Source: Terriglobia bacterium (GTDB lineage Bacteria; Acidobacteriota; Terriglobia; 20CM-2-55-15). Taken from it: a DNA stretch of 64,000 nt. Numbering within the stretch: position 1 is the first letter of the stretch; every line of letters begins with the position of its first letter. The stretch is taken from contig CBDAOY010000005.1 of assembly GCA_965198225.1 (NCBI GenBank), positions 847,065 to 911,064 of the forward strand, written 5' to 3'. Below the pieces are notes generated by a model. That model had not been told where the DNA came from and made no database searches. It worked only from the letters and a program-made list of their open reading frames with translations. Below are positions 9,388 through 19,486 of this stretch, piece after piece. The position numbers and the translations under genes were made by a program.

Positions 9388-10455
9388 TTGATGAAACGAA
9401 TTCTGTTGAGACGACTGATCTTCTGCGCGCTGCTCGCGACAAGGCTGGGCCTTGGCGCGACGACGGTGAACGGACAGGCTAAGATCGAACTCGACGATGG
9501 GCGTTGGGTCAGTGTAGGCGGAGGTATCCGCGCCACGTTCCGGGCGGCCGAGCAGCCCGGCGGTTCTTACACGAACGAGGTCGACCTCGATAACGCCCGG
9601 CTCTACTTCAACGCACAGGCTCACGAGTCCTTCCTCGTCGAGTTGAACACCGAGTACGTGCAGTCGACGTCAGATATCAAGGTGCTGGATGCCGTGGCGA
9701 AGTTCGGGCCCAAAGAGTACTTCAACGTGTGGGCAGGCCGACATCTGCCGCCATCGGACCGGGCCAATCTGGACGGACCGTTTTTCCTGTCGGCCTACGA
9801 GTACCCGGGCCTCGTGTCCCGCTATCCGGCGATTTTTGCGGGCCGTGACGACGGGGTTTCCGTTTCGGGACAGGTCGATGGCGGAGTCTTCAAGTATGCA
9901 TTCGGTGTGTACAAAGGGATTCCAGCGATCGTCGGCCAGGACGACAGCTCGCTTTACGCCGGACGCTTTACATACAACTTCCTGGATCCGGAGCCCGGTT
10001 ACTACACCAGCAGCAGCTACTATGGGGCAAAGGACGTCCTGGCTGTCGCGTTCGCGGTCCAGTTTCAGAACGAAGCCATCGACGGGCCAACGGCTGCTTT
10101 CGAGAACTTCCGTGGCTATAACTTCGACGTCCTTTTCGAGAAGAAGATGCCCAACGACGGCGTGATCAGCCTCGAAGGCGCCTACTACGACTACGATCTC
10201 GGCGCCGCGGCCGGCGGGGGTGACGCCTATCTGGCTCAGGCAGGCTACCTGCTTCCGCCGAAGGTAGGGCCCGGTCAGTTTCAACCCATGATTCGCTTCC
10301 AGGAATTCGAAGGTGATTCCATGTTCGATGCCGGAGTCAACTACGTTATCCGTGGGCATAGCGCCCGTCTGTCGCTGATGTATTCCAGGAGCGACCTCAA
10401 AGCCGATGGCGGTCAACGAAATCGCTTTATCCTGGGCACTCAATTCCAGTTCTGA
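9388..10455 (+). CDS. outer-membrane porin (FmdC-like short-chain amide/urea porin; OprO/P-like)
   Basis: Signal peptide, ARLYF, N.WAGR.LPPSDRANLDGPF, GRDDG, beta-strand pattern and terminal Q.QF; sits before urtA. Confidence 0.8.
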   Translation: MMKRILLRRLIFCALLATRLGLGATTVNGQAKIELDDGRWVSVGGGIRATFRAAEQPGGSYTNEVDLDNARLYFNAQAHESFLVELNTEYVQSTSDIKVLDAVAKFGPKEYFNVWAGRHLPPSDRANLDGPFFLSAYEYPGLVSRYPAIFAGRDDGVSVSGQVDGGVFKYAFGVYKGIPAIVGQDDSSLYAGRFTYNFLDPEPGYYTSSSYYGAKDVLAVAFAVQFQNEAIDGPTAAFENFRGYNFDVLFEKKMPNDGVISLEGAYYDYDLGAAAGGGDAYLAQAGYLLPPKVGPGQFQPMIRFQEFEGDSMFDAGVNYVIRGHSARLSLMYSRSDLKADGGQRNRFILGTQFQF

Positions 10456-10491
10456 TACTTCCCGAACAGCTTTTATAGGAGAAAAAACGAA

Positions 10492-11754
10492 ATGTTCAGT
10501 CGCACTCTCAAAGGAAACCGCCGTCCGCGGTCGGTCGGCGCTTTCGTCGCCCTTATGGCGCTCGCGCTCATGACGGTTTCGGCATGTACCACGCGGGTCG
10601 AGCCGGTCAAGGTCGGTGTTCTGCACTCCTTGACCGGAACCATGGCAATCTCGGAAACGTCACTGCGCGACGTCGTCCAGATGGCCATCGATGAAATCAA
10701 CGCCGAAGGCGGCGTCCTGGGTCGGCCGATCGAGTCCGTCGTCGTCGACCCGGCCTCCAACTGGGACCTCTTTGCCGAGAAGGCTCGCGAACTGCTCGTC
10801 CAGGACGAGGTGGCCGCGATCTTCGGCTGCTGGACGTCGGTCAGCCGGAAATCCGTCCTGCCGGTCTTCGAGTCCTACAATGGCCTGCTGTTCTACCCCG
10901 TTCAGTACGAAGGCGAAGAGCAGAGCCCCAATATCTTCTACACGGGCGCAACTCCGAACCAGCAGTTGATCCCGGCGGCCCAGTACCTGATGGGCCCCGA
11001 AGGTGGGGAGAAGAAGAAATTCTACCTGCTCGGCACCGACTACGTGTTCCCGCGGACGGCTAACAAGATCCTCAAGGCCTTCCTGCTCGCCGAGGGCGTT
11101 CCCGAGGAGAACATCATCGAGGAGTACACCCCGTTCAGTCACGCCGACTACCAGACGATCGTCGGAAAGATCAAGGACTTCAGCCAGGACGGGGATGCGG
11201 CCGTGCTTTCGACGATCAACGGCGACAGCAACGTTCCCTTTTACAAGGAATTCGCCAACCAGGGGCTGACCTCGGCCGACATTCCGATCATGGCCTTCTC
11301 GGTCGCGGAAGACGAACTGCGTTCGATGGAAACCGAGCACCTCGTGGGGCACCTGGCGGCTTGGAACTACTTCCAGTCGATCGATATCCCGTCCAACAAC
11401 GCTTTCGTCGAGTCCTTCAAGGCGTATGCCGAGGCGAAGGGACTGCCCGGTGGCCGATCCCGTGTGACCGACGATCCGATCGAAGCGGCCTACTTCGGGG
11501 TGTACGTCTGGAAAGCTGCGGTCGAACGAGCCAACTCCTTCGAGGTGGACGCGGTGCGCGAAGAGGTCCTCGGGCTGGAGTTCGACGCCCCGGGCGGCCC
11601 GAAGAGGATGCACGCGGAGAACCACCATACGTACAAGCCTGTGTATATCGGCGAGATCCTGGCCGACGGCCAGTTCGACGTCATCTGGGAGACCCCCGGG
11701 CTCGTCGAGCCTGAGGCGTTCAGCCGGTATCTCCAGCAGGCCAGCAACCAGTAG
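10492..11754 (+). CDS. urtA: urea ABC transporter substrate-binding lipoprotein
   Basis: KVGVLHSLTGTMAISE, FGCWTSVSRKSVLPVFE, YPVQYEGEE, DYVFPRTAN. Confidence 0.96.
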   Translation: MFSRTLKGNRRPRSVGAFVALMALALMTVSACTTRVEPVKVGVLHSLTGTMAISETSLRDVVQMAIDEINAEGGVLGRPIESVVVDPASNWDLFAEKARELLVQDEVAAIFGCWTSVSRKSVLPVFESYNGLLFYPVQYEGEEQSPNIFYTGATPNQQLIPAAQYLMGPEGGEKKKFYLLGTDYVFPRTANKILKAFLLAEGVPEENIIEEYTPFSHADYQTIVGKIKDFSQDGDAAVLSTINGDSNVPFYKEFANQGLTSADIPIMAFSVAEDELRSMETEHLVGHLAAWNYFQSIDIPSNNAFVESFKAYAEAKGLPGGRSRVTDDPIEAAYFGVYVWKAAVERANSFEVDAVREEVLGLEFDAPGGPKRMHAENHHTYKPVYIGEILADGQFDVIWETPGLVEPEAFSRYLQQASNQ

Positions 11755-11764
11755 GCGCGCTGGC

Positions 11765-13438
11765 GTGAAGAGGGCGTTCCTTCCCGCTCTGATCTCTGTT
11801 TCCCTCCTGTGGGTGACCTGCGCCGAGACCCTGGCGCAGGTGCCCGCGGTGAGCGCGGACATGCGGAACGCCCTATTGAACGTGATCAGCGCTGACCCCG
11901 AAGCGCGGCAGAGCGCCATCGGCGAGATTGCCGCCTCGAAGGAGGCGGTCCTGGTCCCGGCGCTCGAGGCTTACAGCGCCGGCCTGCTCGAACAGCGGGC
12001 GGACGGTCTTTTCGTCATCTACCGGAGCCGTGTCGAGGTCCTCGGCGAAACCCTCTATCCTCTCGTCGACGCCTTCACGCTCGAACCCATAATCGCGCCG
12101 GATGGAGACCCCGCTTATGCGGGGCGACTCTCCGGCGATATGTTGCGGGCGGACGCTTCGGCCCGACGGCTGCTGGGACCCCTGATCTCGGAGCTGTCGA
12201 TCTACCATCCCGATCCAGACCGGCGCAGCGCGGCCATCGTCGATGCCGCGACCCGGAGCGATCCTGAACTGCTCGACGAACTGAAGTCGCAGCTCGAGGC
12301 CGACGATGGCGGGCCCTTCACGAGGGTGCTGAGTGAATCGATCGCAAGGATAGGCCTGGTTCACGGGGATGCCTCGGCCCGGGCGACCGCGGTCGAAACA
12401 CTCGCCGAGCTGGGTTCGAGCCGTGGCGTGGGAGAACTGCGGCGCAGCCTGGAGGCCGCCGAAACCGATGGAGACGCCGCTTTTGCGGCGCGCGTTGAAG
12501 CGGCGCTCGGGGAGATCGAATCCTACCAGCAGAAGGTCCGACTGGCACACCACACCTTCGCCGGACTCTCGCTGGGCAGCATTCTGATCCTTCTGGCGCT
12601 GGGGCTGTCGATCATCTTCGGGCTGATGCGCGTGATCAACCTCGCCCACGGCGAGTTCATGATGGTGGGCGCCTACACGACCTATGTCGTCAGCGAGATC
12701 TTCAAGGGATGGCTGCCGCCGGGCGCTTTTGACTACTACTTCCTCGTCGCCCTCCCGCTGGCGTTCCTGGTGGCGGGTTTCGTCGGCCTGCTTTGTGAGG
12801 TGTTCGTCATCCAGCATTTGTACGGGCGGCCGATGGAGACGCTGCTGGCGACCTGGGGTATCAGCCTGTTGTTGATCCAGAGCGTGCGGGTCATTTTCGG
12901 GGACACAACGTCGCTCACACCTCCGGGATGGCTCCAGGGCGGGTGGGAGGTGGCGCCCGACCTGGTGTTTCCGCTCAACCGGGTGTTCATCATCGTCTTC
13001 TGTGGCGGCGCGATCGCGGCCGTGTACTTTCTCGTTCTGCGCACGAAGTTCGGCCTGTTGCTCCGGGCGACGACACAGGATCGTGAGATCGCCTCCACAC
13101 TGGGAGTCCGCACGCGCAGGATCGACGCGCTGACATTCAGCTTCGGTGCCGGCCTGGCCGGGCTGGCCGGGACGGCCGTGCCGCTGTTCGACAAACTCAA
13201 CCCGAACCTGGGGCAGAGCTACATCGTCGACAGTTTCATGGTGGTCGTCGTCGGGGGAGTTGGAAAGCTGGCGGGGGTCATCAGCGCCGGCGCCGGCCTC
13301 GGCTTCCTGACGAAGTACATCGAACCGTGGCTCGAGGCGGTGTACGGGAAACTGGCGGTGCTCGGCCTGATCATCCTGTTCCTCCAATGGCGTCCCTCGG
13401 GGCTCTTCCCGCCCAGAGGGCGTATCGCCGAAGACTAG
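11765..13438 (+). CDS. urtB: urea ABC transporter permease
   Basis: N-terminal periplasmic helical domain, then LGLSIIFGLMRVINLAHGEFMM, TLLATWGISL, IVDSFMVVV.GGVG. Confidence 0.95.
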   Translation: MKRAFLPALISVSLLWVTCAETLAQVPAVSADMRNALLNVISADPEARQSAIGEIAASKEAVLVPALEAYSAGLLEQRADGLFVIYRSRVEVLGETLYPLVDAFTLEPIIAPDGDPAYAGRLSGDMLRADASARRLLGPLISELSIYHPDPDRRSAAIVDAATRSDPELLDELKSQLEADDGGPFTRVLSESIARIGLVHGDASARATAVETLAELGSSRGVGELRRSLEAAETDGDAAFAARVEAALGEIESYQQKVRLAHHTFAGLSLGSILILLALGLSIIFGLMRVINLAHGEFMMVGAYTTYVVSEIFKGWLPPGAFDYYFLVALPLAFLVAGFVGLLCEVFVIQHLYGRPMETLLATWGISLLLIQSVRVIFGDTTSLTPPGWLQGGWEVAPDLVFPLNRVFIIVFCGGAIAAVYFLVLRTKFGLLLRATTQDREIASTLGVRTRRIDALTFSFGAGLAGLAGTAVPLFDKLNPNLGQSYIVDSFMVVVVGGVGKLAGVISAGAGLGFLTKYIEPWLEAVYGKLAVLGLIILFLQWRPSGLFPPRGRIAED

Positions 13439-13440
13439 CC

Positions 13441-14928
13441 ATGCAGCTGCCGCAGCGTCTGAAGTTCGAATTTCCCTCCGTTCGGTCCCCCTACCCCGAG
13501 GTTCAGCGGTTTCGGGAGCGGGCCGTCGTCGCGCTCCTGGTGTTTGCCTTTCTCGTCGTGCCGGCGATGAACCTGGCCGGAGTGATCGAGCCGCATGACC
13601 TCAACCGTATCGGGCGCTATCTCTGTTTTGCGATAGCGGCGCTCGGGCTCGATTTGATTTGGGGGTTTACCGGCACGCTGTCGCTCTGCCACGCCCTTTT
13701 CTTCTGCATCGGCGGTTACGCGATGGCCATGCACCTGAGCCTGCCGGCGGGTGGCGGGGACGTCCGCCCGGAATACAACAACATCCCGCAGTTCTTCTTC
13801 TTCAACAACGTCGACACGCTACCCGCGTGGTGGGAGCCGTTCTCGTCGCTGCCGTTGACCGTGATCGCCGCCCTGGTGCTACCCGCCGCCCTCGCCCTGG
13901 CCCTGGGGTTTTTCATTTTCAGGAATCGCGTCCGTGGCGTCTACTTTGCGATCATCACGCAGGCGCTGGCCTGGGGCGCGTTCCTGGCCTTTTCACGGAA
14001 CGAAATGCTGCTCGGGGGGACGAACGGCCTCACGAATTTCTACAAGCCACTCAACACCGAGAACACGTGGATCCTCGGCCTGTACCTGCTGGCGGCGACG
14101 ACCCTGGGCCTGGCGTTCTGGGCCTGCAGCCACATCACGCGCTCGCGCCTGGGCCGCGTTCTCATTGCTGTTCGGGACAACGAGACGCGTCTGTATTTCA
14201 CGGGCTACCGAGCCGACCTCTACAAGGTCTTCGCCTTTTCAACGGCGGCGTTGATCGGAGGGCTCGCCGGCTTGCTCTACGTGCCGCAGAACGGGATCAT
14301 CACCCCGAACGTCATGCGCGTGGAGGATTCGATCTGGATGGTCATCTGGGTGGCGGTCGGCGGTAGGGGTAAGTTGTGGGGCGCGGTGTTCGGTGCGCTG
14401 CTGGTGAACTTTACCTACTCGGCATTGACGAGCGACATGCCCAGGGCGTGGCCCTTCATCCAGGGTGCGCTGTTTCTTGCGGTCCTGTTCTTCCCGAACG
14501 GGATCGCAGGTTTGTGGGAGCGTCTGGAGAGCGAAGTCCGATCCGGAGACAGCATCCGGCGCCTCCTGCTCGCTCTCGTGTTCGTCGAACTCTTCCTCAT
14601 CGTCGACAAACTCGGGTACCTGCCTGGTGCCGGCGCCAACCTTCTGGTGGCCGGAATAGAAGTGCAGTATCTGGTCATGCTCGCCGGAGCGGCGCTCATC
14701 TGTTGGACGCGCGTCGCGCACACGGCCATACCTCTAACGGCGCTGGTCTGGTTCATCTTGACCGAAGCGCTCGGCATCATGCCCGGCTCGTTCGACATCG
14801 TGAAGTACGCCATCCTGCTCGGTTCAGGGACGCTGTACGCGTACCTGCGCTGGTCGGAGTCGCCGAGACCGGGTGCCGATAGACCGGCGTTCGCATCCAG
14901 GGTGCTGATGGCGGTGGGACTGAAATGA
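13441..14928 (+). CDS. urtC: urea ABC transporter permease with a C-terminal TM extension
   Basis: GRYLCFAI.ALGLDL.WG..G.LSL, RGVYFAIITQA, GGTNGLT, WVAVGGRG; ATG at 13441. Confidence 0.93.
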   Translation: MQLPQRLKFEFPSVRSPYPEVQRFRERAVVALLVFAFLVVPAMNLAGVIEPHDLNRIGRYLCFAIAALGLDLIWGFTGTLSLCHALFFCIGGYAMAMHLSLPAGGGDVRPEYNNIPQFFFFNNVDTLPAWWEPFSSLPLTVIAALVLPAALALALGFFIFRNRVRGVYFAIITQALAWGAFLAFSRNEMLLGGTNGLTNFYKPLNTENTWILGLYLLAATTLGLAFWACSHITRSRLGRVLIAVRDNETRLYFTGYRADLYKVFAFSTAALIGGLAGLLYVPQNGIITPNVMRVEDSIWMVIWVAVGGRGKLWGAVFGALLVNFTYSALTSDMPRAWPFIQGALFLAVLFFPNGIAGLWERLESEVRSGDSIRRLLLALVFVELFLIVDKLGYLPGAGANLLVAGIEVQYLVMLAGAALICWTRVAHTAIPLTALVWFILTEALGIMPGSFDIVKYAILLGSGTLYAYLRWSESPRPGADRPAFASRVLMAVGLK

Positions 14929-15704
14929 TGAGTAGAACACAGGAAACATCGACGACGGAACCGGCGGGTAATGGCACGCTGCTGCGGCTAGAGGGAGCCT
15001 CCGTCGTGTTCGACGGGTTCAAAGCCCTGGACGTCGGGAAGTTCGATGTTGAGAGCAACGAACTGCGGGTCGTCATCGGTCCGAACGGGGCGGGCAAGAC
15101 GACGCTGTGCGACGTGATCAGCGGGAAGACGCGCCTGTCGAGCGGAAGCGTGATGTTCGATGGCAGTGACATCACGCGCTGCAGCGAATTCGAGATTGCC
15201 CGCAAGGGGGTGGGACGAAAGTTCCAGACGCCGATGGGCTTCGGCAGCTTGACGGTGTACGAGAACGTCGAGCTGGCGCTGCCCGACTCTCACGGTGTGC
15301 TGGAGAACATGTGGAGCCGTCCTTCGCCGAAGGTCAAGGATGAGATCTTCGAGGTGCTGGAAGCGGTCGGTCTGGCTTATTCGTCACGCGTCAAGGCCCA
15401 CAACCTGAGTCACGGCCAACGGCAGTCGCTGGAGATCGCGATGCTCCTGATCGCCAAGCCGAAGCTCCTGCTCGTCGACGAGCCCGCCGCCGGCCTCAGC
15501 GATGCGGAGGCGTTCGGAACCGCCGAGCTGCTGCTCCGCCTCAAAGGACGACATACGATGATCGTGATCGAGCACGACATGGATTTCGTACGGCATCTGG
15601 ACTCCCGCGTGACCGTGCTCAACGAAGGAAGGGTCCTGGCCGAGGGACCGATGCAGGAAGTGCAGACGAACCCGCTCGTAATCGAGGCATACCTGGGACG
15701 CTGA
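14925..15704 (+). CDS. urtD: urea ABC transporter ATP-binding protein
   Basis: FDGFKAL, GPNGAGKT, GRKFQTP, LSHGQRQ, DEPAAG. Confidence 0.95.
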   Translation: MMSRTQETSTTEPAGNGTLLRLEGASVVFDGFKALDVGKFDVESNELRVVIGPNGAGKTTLCDVISGKTRLSSGSVMFDGSDITRCSEFEIARKGVGRKFQTPMGFGSLTVYENVELALPDSHGVLENMWSRPSPKVKDEIFEVLEAVGLAYSSRVKAHNLSHGQRQSLEIAMLLIAKPKLLLVDEPAAGLSDAEAFGTAELLLRLKGRHTMIVIEHDMDFVRHLDSRVTVLNEGRVLAEGPMQEVQTNPLVIEAYLGR

Positions 15705-15710
15705 TAGACG

Positions 15711-16406
15711 ATGCTTCAGATTCAGAACCTGTCGTTTTCATACGGCGCCGCACTGGTGTTCGACGAGATCGACATGAGCATGCCCGAAGGGAAGGTGACC
15801 TGCATCATCGGTCGCAACGGAGTCGGGAAAACGACCCTTCTGATGAACGTCATGGGTGTCCTTCGACCGACGACGGGTTCCATCCTTCTGGGGGACACCG
15901 ACATGACGCAAATGGCGCCGGAAGCGCGTGCCCGGGCCGGCTTGGGGCTGGTGCCGCAGGGTCGACGCATCTTCGGGCGACTGACGGTCGAAGAAAACCT
16001 CAGGATCGGTCTCGAGGCGCGAGGCGATGGCATTACCGAGGTTCCCGAAGAAGTGTACGACCTGTTTCCGGTCCTCAAGACCATGTCGAACCGGATGGGT
16101 GGAGATCTGTCCGGAGGGCAGCAACAGCAGCTCGCGATCGCGCGAGCCCTGATCGGTCGTCCCAAGGTACTGATGCTCGACGAGCCGACCGAAGGGATCC
16201 AACCAAACATCATCCAGGAGATTGGCCGGGTCCTGCACCGGCTCGTCGATGAGCTGAAGATCACGGTCGTGATGGTGGAGCAGTACCTGGCCTTCGTCCA
16301 GGACGTCGGTCACCGCTTCTACCTCATGGATCGCCGTCGGGTCGTTGCCGAGGGGCCTACCGCCGACCTTACTTCGGATCTGATACACAGGCATCTGCAG
16401 GTGTAG
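15711..16406 (+). CDS. urtE: urea ABC transporter ATP-binding protein
   Basis: GRNGVGKT, LSGGQQQQLAI, DEPTEGIQP, VEQYL. Confidence 0.95.
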   Translation: MLQIQNLSFSYGAALVFDEIDMSMPEGKVTCIIGRNGVGKTTLLMNVMGVLRPTTGSILLGDTDMTQMAPEARARAGLGLVPQGRRIFGRLTVEENLRIGLEARGDGITEVPEEVYDLFPVLKTMSNRMGGDLSGGQQQQLAIARALIGRPKVLMLDEPTEGIQPNIIQEIGRVLHRLVDELKITVVMVEQYLAFVQDVGHRFYLMDRRRVVAEGPTADLTSDLIHRHLQV

Positions 16407-16444
16407 GGGAGGGGGGAGGGGAACGTAGGCCGTAGGCCGACTCA

Positions 16445-16810
16445 ATTTGAGATTTCGAATTTCCAATCTCGAATTTCCAATGTGGAATGTTCGTTAGCCA
16501 ACCTGCAATGACCGCGCACGAATCCGTCTTAGATGCATTGCAGATTTTCTGTCGGAAAATCCGCATTGGAAATTTCATCATTGGAAAATGGAAATTGGAG
16601 ATTGAGTGTAGGTGCGGTCTATGACCGCACACGGCTGCTGCCAAGACTCCCCTCCTTGGATAGATAAGGAGGGGTGGATGCGCCGCCAGGCGCAGACGGG
16701 GTGGTTCGAATTCACCGGGTGGATGCGCCGCCAGGTGCAGACGGGGCAGTTGAATTTCTGATCAACACCACCCCGGCGCTTCGCGCCACCCCTCCTCAGC
16801 TGAGGAGGGG
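16445..16810. repeat. composite intergenic repeat: heptad repeats, GTAG REP and CCCCTCCT..AGGAGGGG palindromic repeats
   Basis: ATTTCGA/ATTTCCA heptads and their inverse, REP at 16606-16631, and CCCCTCCT..AGGAGGGG with GGATGCGCC..CAGACGGGG units. Confidence 0.8.
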
Positions 16811-16827
16811 TGCTTTGGGGGATCGGG

Positions 16828-18687
16828 CTACGTGATTTGGATCACGACCTCGCTCTCCCGTTCTTGAAACAGCACCTCGACCAGGCTCGCCCGGCGGTCC
16901 AGGACGGCGCGTTGGTTGATGTAGCCCTTGTCGGTGATTTCGCCGGCGTCGATCGAGGGTGGCTCTTCCAGGACCAGTGCCCGCGTGGCGTAGGTCGAAC
17001 TGCCGGAACCTTGCGCACGCAGCGATTCCATTCCATCCCGGATTCGTTCCCGAACGCGTTCGTCTGCCAGCACTACAGCGAGGGAAGCTTCGTCGTCGAG
17101 TTCGGGGCACAGGCCGCGGCATCCCGACAGGTTCGGCATGATCAAGAAGCCGATTTCGTCGCGGTCGTGGCCCGCGATGACGATGTCCTGTGCGACCGGG
17201 CTCAGAGCCGAAATCGCACGCACGCGAAGCGCGCCGGTGTGGACCCATGTGCCGGTCGTCAGTTTGAACTCTTCGGCCAGGCGGCCAGCGAACTCGATGC
17301 CTTTCGATGAGTCATCGGTGTCCGCGAAACGGCCGGCGTCGCCGATCTTGTAGAAGCCCTCGTCGTCGAACGCCGCATCGGTGAGGTCGTCCCTCCGCCA
17401 GTACCCGGGTGTGACGTTCGGGCCCCGTACGAGCAACTCGTACTTTTCGCCATCGCCGGTGGGAACCATCTTGACCTCACATCCCGGAACCGGAAGCCCG
17501 ATCACACTCGGTCGAACGGGCTCAAAGTGCGCCGAGGTCACCAGCGGCGCGGTCTCGGTCGATCCCCAGGATGAAGTCAGCCGCACGCGCCTACCCAGTT
17601 GGGCGATCGAAAGACGGTCGAGGCGCTCATAGAGGCTTGCCGGAAGCGCGGCTGCAGCGTACAGGATCAGCTTCAAACGTTCGAAGAAACTGCTTCGCAA
17701 AGCCGCGTCGGATTCCAGGTGGGGCATCAGGAGGTCGTATCCGCGGGGCGCGTTGAGGTAGATGGTAGGCGAGATCTCGCTGAGATTACGGACGGTCTTC
17801 GCGATCAGTCCCGGCGCCGGCTTGCCGTCATCGATGTAGAGCTGCCCGCCTTGCGCCATCACGAGGTTGAAGTTGTGGTTGCCGCCGAAAGTGTGGTTCC
17901 AGGGGAGCCAGTCGACCAGAACCGGCGGCTCTTGGGTCACGAAGGGCCAGCAGACGGCCAGCATCGCCTGGTTCGAACAGAGCATGCGCTGCGTGTTGAT
18001 CACGGCCTTGGGTTGGCCGGTGGAACCGGAGGTGAGCAGGAACTTCGCGATCGTGTCGCCGTTCACAGTCGCGAAGGCCGCGTCGACCGCCCCCTGAGGG
18101 GAGTCTTCGAGAAGCCCTTCGAAAGGCATAGACGGCCTCCGGACGCCTTCCGGGTTGCCTGAAACGACCAGCTCGAATTCGCGTTCACCCAGCGCGTCGA
18201 TTGCATGCGCAAACCGGTTTGCATCATGGACGAAGACCAAGCCGGGCTGCAGCAGGTCGAAGACTGTCCGCAGTTTGCCGAAGTCTTTCGACATGAGCGA
18301 GTAGGCGGGCGAGACCGGCGCGACCGGCACGCCGATGTGCATCGCGGCCAGGGCGACGAGACCGTGCTCGATGGAGTTATCCGACAGGACCACGACCGGA
18401 CGATCCGCCGAGAGATCTCTTTTCAGGAGATTGGCGGCAATCGCCCGCACTTGGCTCCTGGCATCGGCCCAGGCCAGGGTCCGCCAACTCCCCGCTTCAC
18501 GCTGTGCAAGGAACGTTGCATCCGCTTTCTCCTGCGCCCACCGTTCCAGGTACTCGCCCAGGCATCGCGGGTAGGACGGAAGGGCCACCGGCGACCGGGC
18601 GACGAGGGAGCCGTCGTCCTTGGCTTCGAGATCGACTCTGGCGGGGAGAAATTCGACCGGCACGAACGGGGCGTTGTCTTCTGACAT
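16828..18687 (-). CDS. feruloyl-CoA synthetase-like acyl-CoA ligase
   Basis: LTSGSTGQPK, DWLPWNHTFGGNHN, YIDDGKP, WGSTETAP, GEITDKGYINQRAVL. Confidence 0.9.
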   Translation of the reverse strand: MSEDNAPFVPVEFLPARVDLEAKDDGSLVARSPVALPSYPRCLGEYLERWAQEKADATFLAQREAGSWRTLAWADARSQVRAIAANLLKRDLSADRPVVVLSDNSIEHGLVALAAMHIGVPVAPVSPAYSLMSKDFGKLRTVFDLLQPGLVFVHDANRFAHAIDALGEREFELVVSGNPEGVRRPSMPFEGLLEDSPQGAVDAAFATVNGDTIAKFLLTSGSTGQPKAVINTQRMLCSNQAMLAVCWPFVTQEPPVLVDWLPWNHTFGGNHNFNLVMAQGGQLYIDDGKPAPGLIAKTVRNLSEISPTIYLNAPRGYDLLMPHLESDAALRSSFFERLKLILYAAAALPASLYERLDRLSIAQLGRRVRLTSSWGSTETAPLVTSAHFEPVRPSVIGLPVPGCEVKMVPTGDGEKYELLVRGPNVTPGYWRRDDLTDAAFDDEGFYKIGDAGRFADTDDSSKGIEFAGRLAEEFKLTTGTWVHTGALRVRAISALSPVAQDIVIAGHDRDEIGFLIMPNLSGCRGLCPELDDEASLAVVLADERVRERIRDGMESLRAQGSGSSTYATRALVLEEPPSIDAGEITDKGYINQRAVLDRRASLVEVLFQERESEVVIQIT

Positions 18688-18744
18688 AGCGGTTGATTCA
18701 GACCCAGGGTTTCAACGGGGTAGAATACCCTATTCGGGCTAGGG

Positions 18745-18896
18745 TGTAGGTGCGGTCTATGACTGTCCATGACCGCACACGTTTCGATTGGTGAGACTTT
18801 TGTGCGCTCATAGAGCGCACCTACACCCCAGCGAAAGATACGCGGTGGGTGAATGTAGTGTCACGCAACTGTAGGTGCGGTCTATGACCGCACACA
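18745..18896. repeat. GTAG-type REP cluster (3 units)
   Basis: TGTAGGTGCGGTCTATGAC.. units; the first carries a small internal duplication. Confidence 0.85.
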
Positions 18897-18928
18897 TTTC
18901 GGACCGAAACGATGTGCGAAGTCCAACC

Positions 18929-19486
18929 GTGCCGGTATACATTCTTGCCGGAGGCCGGAGCCGGCGCTACGGAAGCGACAAGGCCCGGCTCGTCATCGAG
19001 GGGCAGCCCCTCCTGGTTCGGGTCGCGCGCGAGTTGGCCGACCTGGCGTCGTCCATGACCGTCGTCGCGAGGTCGGCCGGGGACTATGATGACCTGGGGT
19101 TGAGGACCATCCGTGACTCGATACCCGACAAGGGACCGATGGGAGGGCTCCTTGCGGCCTTCGAGGATGCCGGTCCGGCCGAGTGGCTCTTTCTTACCGC
19201 CTGCGACTGGGTCGGAATCCGCGTCGGGTGGGCTCGCAAACTGGTCGACGCGCGGAGGGAAGATGTCCGGGCTGTCGTCTATCGTTCCGACCGTTATCAT
19301 CCGCTCTTCGGCCTGTATCATACGGCCGCACAGGACGACGTCCTGCGTCATATCCATGACGACGATCTGAAGATGCAACACCTGCTCGACCGATTGCCCA
19401 CTCGATCGATGCCGGTTCCCGATGACTGGGACGAGTTGATCAACCTGAACCGCCCGGCGGAGAAAAACGGCCATGGCGAAGCCTAG
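18929..19486 (+). CDS. mobA: molybdenum cofactor guanylyltransferase
   Basis: ILAGGRSRRYGSDKA, GPMGGL, ACD, PLFGLY, NLNRP. GTG start chosen downstream of the REP. Confidence 0.85.
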   Translation: MPVYILAGGRSRRYGSDKARLVIEGQPLLVRVARELADLASSMTVVARSAGDYDDLGLRTIRDSIPDKGPMGGLLAAFEDAGPAEWLFLTACDWVGIRVGWARKLVDARREDVRAVVYRSDRYHPLFGLYHTAAQDDVLRHIHDDDLKMQHLLDRLPTRSMPVPDDWDELINLNRPAEKNGHGEA

